A DNA stretch of 34,431 nt from a virus (Duplodnaviria > Caudoviricetes). The stretch spans positions 1-34,431 of IMG/VR virus record IMGVR_UViG_3300032303_001834; one strand, written 5' to 3'. The translations under genes and the position numbers were made by a program. Positions 29,901 through 34,431 of the stretch are shown piece by piece (within the stretch, counting starts at the first letter, position 1; each line of letters opens with the position of its first letter). The notes beneath the pieces are model-generated. The model saw nothing but the letters and a program-made list of their open reading frames with translations, was not told the origin of the DNA and searched no databases.

Positions 29901-32900
29901 TTATTTACCTCAAGTAGTTGATTGGGTGCCTGAGCAATTTTATGGGGCTAGTTATGCTGGAAACTACAATAAAATTTCTAGCTCATCAATTCAGTTACAA
30001 AGTACGAGTCCTCCCATTGGATCAGTGTTGGCCAGTGGACAAGGATTGGGATTGGAAATTGAAGAAGTTGAAAATCAGGTTATATATTCTTGGTCTGGGT
30101 TCCCTCGTAGAGTAACAAACACCTATTCAGGATCTAATACTATTAGACTTAATCCTTATGACAGTGGAGTTGGTAAACCCACAGCATCAGGTTCTACAAT
30201 TGGTTTTTATGTAGGGATGCCTATTAGAATCGACGGAGCATCAATTGGTGGCATCATAACTGATGTAACATATTATGTCCATAGCATCGTAAGTGACTTA
30301 CTGTTTACTATTTCTCGAACCGCAACAGGATCGGTATATCCATTGACCACTGCAACAGCTACCCCTAACACTGTTAAATGTTATACTGCTCAAGTTATTA
30401 ACCAAGCTATATTAACTGTTAATTATCCAGGTATAGTTGAAGTAACTTCAATAGCAGATTCAAATATAATAACTGTACCTCTTAATCCTACTGGAACAGG
30501 CGGGACCTATGGGTTTTATGTCAATATGCCTGTATTCTTCACAGGCAATGTGTTTGGTAACATAATTGCCAATGAAGTATATTACATCCATACAATATGT
30601 AACTCACAGACATTTACAATCTCTACACAAACAGATCCAGTTACATATACTTTGGCCAAGACCTCTGCAACAGGCAACGTAGTAACATTAACAAATCAAG
30701 TTATGGATTTAAGCACAAACAATCCTATAATCTTCACGAACTTTGTGTTTACTAGTGGAAGTTTCATAATTGGACAAACTTATACTATAGTTAGTCTTGG
30801 TACTACTAATTTCACTTTAATTGGTGCACCTTTCAATGGAATAGGAGCTACCTTTACAGCCACCGGTGTTGGTACTGGTACTGGCACAGCATCATCTGGT
30901 GTATTTGGTAATCTTATATCTGGTCAAATATATTATGTTGCTAGTGTAGCTAGTGCAAATAGTTTTAGTGTAAAAGCACAAATAAATTCATCGGTCATGA
31001 CCTTAATTAATAGTCAAGGTACAGGTATGGTTTCCGATCAAACTGATACAGTTGATTTGGTAGCCAGTACTGGTACAATGATCATTAATTGTAATTTACC
31101 AATAAGTCCAGGACAAATTACTGGTCAGCAGTTTTCAATGTATACTACGTCACGGCAATATCCAAACATAAGTGGGCCAGTTGGCAATTTAATTACTAGA
31201 ACATTACCTGCTACCCTTGCTGGTTCAAACAGAATACCAATGACATATACCAGTGGTGGAGCAACCAATATCTATGTAAATATGCCATTTAAACTTGCAA
31301 AACCAATTGGGGGTTTAAGTGCAGGACCTACAGTATATTATGTAAAAGAGGTTGGTACAACTTCTATACCTGTAATTTCCACTAGTGCTCCTAGCACCGT
31401 CGGTGTGGTAACAGGTAGTATATCCGCTTATACATTGACCGTAACCGCAAGAACCTCAGGTCTGATAGTAAACGGGGCTACCATTACAGGAACAGGAATT
31501 GCAGCAGGTACTACCATTATATCACAGCTATCAGGGTTGCCTAACAGCACAGGTACTTACTTGGTAAGTACCTCTCAAACGGTAGCGTCAACAGCCATTA
31601 CATTATCTATTAGTTATCTAACTATTCCAAGTACATATTCAACTAATACATTGTATGCAGGTATGCCTGTTGTTTTTGATGCATTGAGTATAGGTGGTGT
31701 AGATTTGAATACCGAGTATTTTGTGCGGTCAATTATAAGTGCAACTCAATTTTCTATATCACTTACACTAGGTGGTGATGCTGTTATTATGTCTACTGGA
31801 ACCGGCAATTATATGCGCTGTACCGGTCAAGATTATATAACAGTAAGTGCTACCCAAGGCGGACCGGTTATTCCGCTGCTTGGCTCAATAGCAGCAAATG
31901 ATTCATTTACCTTCACTCAGTATCCTATACTAGCCCCTGTGTTTGATGTGAGTTGGATATTAGGTGGCTATAATGTTGTCATAACTAACCCTGGATTGGG
32001 TTATGCAGTATCCAATACAATATCAGTACCCGGCACCTTAATTGGCGGAACGGTAAATAATAACTTAACGATCACTATAAATAAACTACAAGAATATGCG
32101 GTGAATCAGAGTTATGGGGCTGTAGCTGATGTTATTACCTCGGGGTTAATACCTGATATACCTACTAAATATTTCTTAAAAGCGGTTGCTCCAAATCAAT
32201 TGGCAGTATATAGCAACTCTCAGTTAACTGTTCCTGTTAGTGGTATAAACTTTCCATATTATGGTACAATACAAACAACTGTAACAGGAACATTCGCTTC
32301 AAGCAATGTAGTAGTTGTAAATAGTACTACAGGTTTTAACTTAAACGACCCGGTAGTGTTTACGGGTAATGTAGCTGGAGGATTAGTATTAGGTAAAGTA
32401 TATTATATACTTAGCGTCACTCCCAATCTAACAGTGAGCTTAAAACCCGGTGATAGTTCAACTATAGTATCGTTATCAACAGCGACATTTCTTAATTTTA
32501 CAATGGCTAAGTTGGGTGATTATGCATTCTTGCCTGAACCATATCCTTTCAATCAAAGTATAGTTAAATTTAATAATAAAGTTTATTCCTGTGTAGTGAG
32601 TAATTATGATGCTGAATTTGTTTTAGGTAAGTGGGCATTATTAAATTCTGATGACCGTAGATTAAATGCACTAGACAGAATCATAGGTTATTATGCACCT
32701 ACTGTTAATATGCTCGGGGCAATTACTAAATTGGGTCAAACTTTATCATACGATATAGTTACTTATGATAGTTATCCATACAATGATGTAACCTCATTAA
32801 ACATAGATTTGTCTCAATTACTAACTGGAACAACATATCCAAATAGTACATATTTAGGTAATAATTTCAATCCTGATTTAGCGTTTGAATTAGATACTGA

Positions 32901-34431
32901 ATTAAGTGATACAACATTTACTAGTACTACACCGACAGTATATGATGTAGAAGGCACTTCGTTTACATTTGGATACGCACCTGAAGAATTGGTTGCGGGG
33001 TTAGTAAGAGATAATATAACATTTATAGCTACTACTAGACCGGGTATAAATTGGCCTGTGCAAGAATATCAAAATAACGGATTTGGTGTACTAAGTGTAG
33101 AAATACCACAGAGTTCTCCTACACAAACCCAATATAGTTTTGCTAACTTAGTTCAAGTGCCAGCACAAATTAAAGTGTTTGTAATAGACCCTGTTTCAAA
33201 ATTAAGTACATCTATATATGTTACTCAAGATTATACAGTAAATTGGGTCAATAGTAAAGTGATATTGAATAATGCTTTACCTATAGGTAAAATACTAAGA
33301 ATTGATGTTTATGAAACAGGTAACGGATATCAATTAGACAGGTCTAATACTATCCTTACTCCTCTACGTGATAATACTGTAACAGGACTACAAGAAATAT
33401 ATTTAGATTCTAAATATGCAGGTACTATTAACGATGGTAATGGTCTAGTAGTTCCATACACCCAATCTCAAATGGTAGAGGTAGTGGCTACCGAAAGTGA
33501 TGTAAATCTATTATATTGTACAAGTGTTGATCAATTTGTTCCGAATAGTCCAATCACATTCCAAGGTAACGTATTTGGTAATATTCAAGAAAATACAACA
33601 TATTATGTAAAAACTATTGATGTAGCTACATTGTCAATAACCATATCTCTATATTATGATATTATTAATGGAATTGCAGGCTCTGAATTCGCATTATCAA
33701 CAGCAACTGGTTCAATGGAAGCTGTTATAAATGTGGGATCAGAAGAGCTTTATACTCCACCATTAGTAATGGTAAATGGCAGTGAGTTATCATTAGGAGC
33801 ATATGGCCAAGTTACTCAACTTAATGGTGATCTAATAGCAGCGGGTAACTTTATAGTTGGAAAAACTTATATTATAGTATCAGTAGGAACTACTAATTTT
33901 GTTGCTTCAGGCGCAGCTTCTAATCTAGTTGGAGTATCGTTTATAGCAACTAATGCAGGGTTAGGTACTGGCACAGTAGCTAAGTATACCATAACTTGTA
34001 ACAATACAGCTATAATAGCAGTAAATGATGCTATTATATTTTCTAATGAAATATTTGGTTCAGTAATTCAACCACTAACCACCTATTATGTTAAAACGAT
34101 TTGGGATGCTAACGAGTTTACAATTTCGGCAACTCTAGGTGGAACTACGTTAGCTTTAACTTCCGCTACAGGATTGGCGACCTTTGTAACAAAAGAGTAT
34201 ACGATTGGCCGAGTTAGTGGCACTAATTTAGCTAAATTGGTATTTGCTGACCAATATGACACCTCTACTGATTATATTTCATATACTGTATTGGGAGAAA
34301 CAGCACCAACACAATATGGGTACAGTATTCCTGAAACTCAGTTGCTAACAGGAACTGGTTCTACTTCTACATTTGGTTTAACTAATTATGTTGGTGGAGG
34401 AAACGTAACTAACGCAATTGTAGAAATTAAC
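17911..34431 (+). CDS. Giant baseplate wedge (gp7-like) / adhesin fusion protein, at least 5507 aa, 3'-truncated by the window
   Basis: ATG 5 nt after the gp6 stop (MATKIRTLDFLPEIFQT...); segments I translated are stop-free and the ORF track lists no closed ORF in this frame, consistent with an ORF open to the end; KNKGTLNAA and YLNEVKPYH wedge-like motifs, FG-GAP-like blades, many beta-rich repeats. Confidence 0.88.
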   Translation, partial: MATKIRTLDFLPEIFQTPTNAQFLAATLDQLVAQPSVERIQGYIGTRVGYGINAKDYYVTEPTKVRTDYQLDPGVVFRKTNQDVAQDFISYPGILDALKLEGGITNNNNRLFNSEFYSWDSFTNLDTNVNFHQYYWLPEGLPPVVVTSATAYSSEQYYVIDGSNSYQITTEPTGTSLGNPTLTLLRGGTYTFTVNQKTQFWIQGQPGTTGYSITQPNVQTRDVLGVVNNGATTGVVTFTVPAKNAQDEYNLPGNNTVGVVSTLPFSQIDGSYLNTLNDIDGVTSLNGLTVMFYNTGNPNEMAYGQLVSAQFFTINYIGSTSNPQLQLTPATSIPTNQKITAQYGTNYSGRQFFRNTATIVTLIPYLSAELDTLYYQDGTSSDKVGMIRLIDSNTTDTIDVVTEILGKTTYTSPNGVAFTNGLKVQFQGNITPEAYTVEDFYVEGVGTAIELIPVSSLIVPESFSTSVYLPYDSTPWDIGGWSGKPFIPTDPDYITIARNALSKNAWSRSNRWFHIDVIRATAEYNNDPTILFYASQDYKAKRPIIEFYPNLRLFDSGTEGKEPLNFIDFRTTDPLLLVSGQQNYYPDVQVYTDYAARIDTTNYTSSRTATATNGLTDEITCGSTSGFRVNDLVRFTISSGAVFGNIVAGEYYYISEVVSSTKFTVSEIKGGNLVDLSTGTGTMQFYWTPQSTVITIAASDVTGTFKVGQYITDSTNLLPPETQISSVSGTTTITLEVIWDTVSYSFFAGTSVASLISVPQPVNNYALFNGSRVVFAAATDPNVRDKIYIARYSVISGSTPVLTLSEAPNGEILVGDQSVILSGYNYAGTSFWYDGLEWLQAQQKNTVNQPPLFDVFDENGISFGDKAVYVGSSFIGSKLFAYGIGTGTKDSVLGFPIRYSTVANIGDISFDVSINTDTFDYVSNSQPINQKVNTGYVYNYQTRNLYNRELGWQTAVSPSIQYQVFEFDYYVTNPQVLFTCDVAVNSTTSTNWPVIKVLINNIILPSTDYEYIVASNSTIVNIFSTIPTDTVVQILIFSDQVSATAYYSIPINLSNNPLNTNLEIANVGDIKNQYQTIYYNNPNTSGEVFGPNNYRDLGNLVPWGDRIIQNSASLALVGAFLRKPNQNVFNALMFNSREYIKFKTLLVDTVNNTDYAQRFNPSTILDDALTKINQVKIQSQPFFWSDMIPSKSPYIINSYTYTTPSIAPTYPLSKVYNFSTANYSGVLVYLSTTISNVPITKQLVTNVDYVISTSTPSLTIISSLQNGDVITIKEYNQTYGSYIPNTPTKLGLYPAFIPEVVLDSDYAQPTYFIRGHDGSYNKLYGKYDPVLGVLVDFRDQALLEFELRVYNNLKLSTSVPISQYDIIPGFFRETAFTNSEILEIYSKMFLNWVGQNRIDYKKQLFNKNDQFTFNYYQSGNKIDQEPIYQGYWRGVYQWYYDTTTPNLTPWEMLGFQEQPSWWASRYGPAPYTSNNLILWNDLAEGINWNNGNPIVLPQFVRPELLQVIPVNSAGKLLSPFDAIVGNYTASTFQHDWKVGDEGPAELSYRRSSSWPFDLMRIYALTEPAKFFNLCADLDNYKFNTEFNQYLVNNRSHLVPADIQVYGTGTPKTSYMNWVVDYEKQLGVDATQNIIDLLNNIDVRLVYRVAGFTDKNLVNFYVEKATPNSTNASLLIPDASYQVLLYDNQPFDRIIYSSVIVQITSEGYLVFGNSQTQAYFTTLKPKFTGINEVVTVETLTVKLATDYSNEEVIVPYGTLFYTVQEVAQFLTSYGAYLQAHGMVFDEILSGIEVTWNQMVSEFLYWVQLGWENGSLETINPAAGYLKINRDGYLVQPLTIRQENFVLNQNLYPIQSTDLNVLRDGTLFLARPVNNGDSLSYGQFNIASLEDGVVFNNVTLFDDVIYDLITGSRQLRIYVRGSKTAAWDGTLTASGFILNQDNILQWNKDVTYTKGSIVLYKNKYWVALRIVQPSATFNEQNWRKTEYDQIQKGLLPNSSTRSYESTLYYDSTKANIEEDADLLSFSLIGYRPRDYLTTVDLTEITQINVYKNLIKNKGTLNAASAFKGANLPQGGIDYDIYENWAIKAGEFGGVLNTNFVEFKISESLMTGDPSIVALTNGAPTPGAEQEIPLYSLFNYGRAINSPDILETTAINQPSTLYPDAGYVNYNDVRMSSYFYSNLPTAVNQNGILIPLSEFYVREYVWIANYLGTWQVYTPASIGPITQALNNLNGTVTITFSNQHNLSQYNIFAIINLNPAINGYYIATYIVDPFRVIINLNLDPNIRNATGLGVGLRFQTQRVATPADINNLNLLNSEFIKNTVWVDTYSTGDWAVLRKSINYQYEQEFNKLNSSTYGSAVATDTQLGYLVGDSGVGEVYRYTYNEVLQTYQLVQTITGNRSFGTTISHAGDLYVISEPTTNYSFSVNPSRWDWDISAEGGTHSFTVTPSSWTWNISSLSGPITTPTLTSTLTSTLTSTLTSTLTSTTNSTPAVYLYILENNVLSDDLILYQNPITAPNNTKSWGAATAISGDKNWLYISDYDNNSVYVYRRNNVSTPAGFFIVGQTYTITDLGTTDFTLVGATNNIVGLSFIATGVGSGTGATTNTTYRYITVIDGNELSLTTSVGDNFGYSISTDYYGQTVTIGAPGQTINSITDSGAAYLFSRTVQNVEVQVNTTPGFPQVFRLGWSPVTARTAVFQTSSSSNTITCAASTRRFHVNDPVIFYGTVYPNSNISFNQIYYIHSIVNDTTFRIKVSREQLNPYQLTNSNGNGMIVSVQTVPIYVSLNGTIVADNQYGMVGSLLYYVGTLTAGDIINVSGNKFTYFQQLTNPNNYTIGSQFGLACANNLQSTEILVSAPFQINNQVEEGGIFRYTNGGTSYGQIFGTSTCNVTATTPILLNGYLVLIPEGNATAVAAAINSNKVTNITASTSGSNNEYLVISLINQDLAIPNASLSIAVFNINTLSELGITVYTQTQTISSPHLGERNQFGTTIKFNEQNSFVASAPVGSRYSSTTFDFTDDENYTNDTVFDNNATQWIDVFVNAGAVYMFDYLSVYNENINNTGDYVLAQDANARNINYGKQPYYGTALDFNNYSVIVGAPLFRPDYVNGQVITFLNSSGEKDWSLYRSSSPVVDINRVQNAQLFSALTNETLINLDYIDPLQGKLLGAVSENIDYVSNVDPAHYNNQNNLKWGVTNIGQLWFNTTNVRFINYHQNDLVYNSQYWGTIFPGSDVAVYSWISSSDLPINYQGPGTPYDVNLYCTQFDLNANNLLTPVYFYWVRNTNIIFSQVGNTLADSIIETYIRSPKNSGIGYFAPLLPNTFALYNSGEYINVNDSVFHIGYSTGTNDDVGHTSYDLIRANYTDDFLSGLPHYGANVEPEYLYRRFLASMSGVDDSGQVVPDPFLPIAVRSGVQVRPRQSFFLFRLLAVKNYLQYANEILAQFPIIELRPQATFLHKSGPFYNTADYWEYVNWWATGYDNNTKASVQVPLYSDLSTLSVAFGTIAEVTTNGNGNSETYIYTVDGVWVRIGLTNGTIAFKSSLWDYAGANTGFGGNYFDTTPYDQYPSTETYYILRALNEQIYIDDFAIYRNKSLILTFEYIVAETAETQNYLPWLNKTSLVDVTHTLRELKPYEVFSSDNQDFLYGYLNEVKPYHVVFKEFLFKYTKTEPYLMNVTDFDLPAQYVAGDAQFISPELVYSNPSGDSQFLPENPIWNQQEYTQWYQNYGLSFTGQNDFNIARLESYISINTTEIAVSNISGFPIAGTIKIGTELISYETVNLETYTLSGLSRGLNGTTISNHLPGELVYIDLPSVLVVYGAHSYTEPPKVTAYIDTSIYPKPRIPAVFAAVMNVDSVLEIQVINPGSGYAVLPTIVVDPAETYTFGSGAVNIILNTITLAAPNLVTGDQVQYEVGVATTAIGPLVDGEWYYVNVLSSTPVTTIALYTSYDDAINDNFRINFTSTGTGSSQSLNLGARAFAITNSTPVRENIITMRFDRTSYLPQVVDWVPEQFYGASYAGNYNKISSSSIQLQSTSPPIGSVLASGQGLGLEIEEVENQVIYSWSGFPRRVTNTYSGSNTIRLNPYDSGVGKPTASGSTIGFYVGMPIRIDGASIGGIITDVTYYVHSIVSDLLFTISRTATGSVYPLTTATATPNTVKCYTAQVINQAILTVNYPGIVEVTSIADSNIITVPLNPTGTGGTYGFYVNMPVFFTGNVFGNIIANEVYYIHTICNSQTFTISTQTDPVTYTLAKTSATGNVVTLTNQVMDLSTNNPIIFTNFVFTSGSFIIGQTYTIVSLGTTNFTLIGAPFNGIGATFTATGVGTGTGTASSGVFGNLISGQIYYVASVASANSFSVKAQINSSVMTLINSQGTGMVSDQTDTVDLVASTGTMIINCNLPISPGQITGQQFSMYTTSRQYPNISGPVGNLITRTLPATLAGSNRIPMTYTSGGATNIYVNMPFKLAKPIGGLSAGPTVYYVKEVGTTSIPVISTSAPSTVGVVTGSISAYTLTVTARTSGLIVNGATITGTGIAAGTTIISQLSGLPNSTGTYLVSTSQTVASTAITLSISYLTIPSTYSTNTLYAGMPVVFDALSIGGVDLNTEYFVRSIISATQFSISLTLGGDAVIMSTGTGNYMRCTGQDYITVSATQGGPVIPLLGSIAANDSFTFTQYPILAPVFDVSWILGGYNVVITNPGLGYAVSNTISVPGTLIGGTVNNNLTITINKLQEYAVNQSYGAVADVITSGLIPDIPTKYFLKAVAPNQLAVYSNSQLTVPVSGINFPYYGTIQTTVTGTFASSNVVVVNSTTGFNLNDPVVFTGNVAGGLVLGKVYYILSVTPNLTVSLKPGDSSTIVSLSTATFLNFTMAKLGDYAFLPEPYPFNQSIVKFNNKVYSCVVSNYDAEFVLGKWALLNSDDRRLNALDRIIGYYAPTVNMLGAITKLGQTLSYDIVTYDSYPYNDVTSLNIDLSQLLTGTTYPNSTYLGNNFNPDLAFELDTELSDTTFTSTTPTVYDVEGTSFTFGYAPEELVAGLVRDNITFIATTRPGINWPVQEYQNNGFGVLSVEIPQSSPTQTQYSFANLVQVPAQIKVFVIDPVSKLSTSIYVTQDYTVNWVNSKVILNNALPIGKILRIDVYETGNGYQLDRSNTILTPLRDNTVTGLQEIYLDSKYAGTINDGNGLVVPYTQSQMVEVVATESDVNLLYCTSVDQFVPNSPITFQGNVFGNIQENTTYYVKTIDVATLSITISLYYDIINGIAGSEFALSTATGSMEAVINVGSEELYTPPLVMVNGSELSLGAYGQVTQLNGDLIAAGNFIVGKTYIIVSVGTTNFVASGAASNLVGVSFIATNAGLGTGTVAKYTITCNNTAIIAVNDAIIFSNEIFGSVIQPLTTYYVKTIWDANEFTISATLGGTTLALTSATGLATFVTKEYTIGRVSGTNLAKLVFADQYDTSTDYISYTVLGETAPTQYGYSIPETQLLTGTGSTSTFGLTNYVGGGNVTNAIVEIN
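25171..25271 (+). repeat. Imperfect in-frame duplication, 60-bp period (SFSVNPSRWDWDIS / SFTVTPSSWTWNIS)
   Basis: 25171-25211 versus 25231-25271: 31 of 41 nt identical. Confidence 0.8.
25298..25361 (+). repeat. Perfect 12-bp tandem repeat (CTACTTTAACAT)x5 plus CTAC, encoding (TLTS)x5
   Basis: Five exact copies read directly; in frame within the giant ORF. Confidence 0.97.
25576..33978 (+). repeat. Dispersed ~45-aa module (A/S)GxFI(V/I)G(Q/K)TY.I...GTT(D/N)F...GA..N..G..F.AT..G.GTG in three copies (25576-25707, 30754-30891, 33841-33978)
   Basis: Direct translation of the three loci gives alignable sequences. Confidence 0.85.

Larger units (their letters stand above)
19740..34190 (+). repeat. 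Dispersed ~70-aa beta-rich repeat (G(F/L).VN.P(V/I).F.G..FG.(I/L)....YY(V/I)......FTIS...GG..V.L...TG.M), about 11 copies
   Basis: Copies near 19740, 26000, 29570, 30120, 30450, 30650, 31210, 31620, 32280, 33480 and 33990; resembles the FCCH-like beta repeat often annotated in phage tail proteins (family call from recall). Confidence 0.75.
1..34431. mobile_element. Large T4-superfamily-like myovirus genome segment (recombination/late-transcription module divergent from a baseplate operon)
   Basis: gp46-, gp47- and gp55-like genes plus gp53/gp5/gp25/gp6-like baseplate genes in contractile-tail order; dense coding; no host housekeeping genes. Confidence 0.93.

Noticed and set aside
3021-30115. 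Small alternative-frame and antisense ORFs in the track (e.g. 3021-3230, 3479-3673, 4839-5057, 6098-6373, 11775-14000 minus-strand set, 18463-18648, 20779-21009, 25873-26055, 28928-29131, 29918-30115)
   Set aside because: All lie essentially within longer, well-supported genes, show no recognisable motifs, and are expected shadows of Ala/Gly/Thr-rich coding sequence.
17911-34431. Non-coding desert or stop-codon reassignment as the reason for the empty ORF track in the right half
   Set aside because: One frame reads openly in the standard code and simply lacks a stop inside the window; other genes end normally in TAA, TAG (gp55) and TGA (gp46).

Overview
This window comes from an AT-rich, T4-superfamily-like large myovirus genome. 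The left arm (minus strand, 1-5651) carries a gp55-like late sigma factor, the gp47/gp46 (Mre11/Rad50-like) recombination nuclease pair split by a free-standing PD-(D/E)xK homing-endonuclease-like gene, and an Hjc-type Holliday junction resolvase. Directly downstream of the resolvase lies at least 367 nt of GC-enriched, ORF-free sequence tiled with hairpins. Several hairpins pair with G-U wobbles only on the minus strand, so this looks like a large structured ncRNA that I cannot assign to a family; it is cut off by the window edge and is the best candidate for something new. The right arm (plus strand, 5802-34431) is a contractile-tail baseplate operon in canonical order: tube-initiator-like, gp53/LysM-like, hub, gp5/VgrG-like spike, gp25, gp6. 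It ends in a giant gp7-like/adhesin ORF starting at 17911 that is missing from the supplied ORF track because it has no stop before the window ends (at least 5507 codons). That protein is a mosaic of beta-rich repeats nested inside one another, with a recently expanded 12-bp tandem repeat. Product calls rest on motif recognition and gene order, not database searches.
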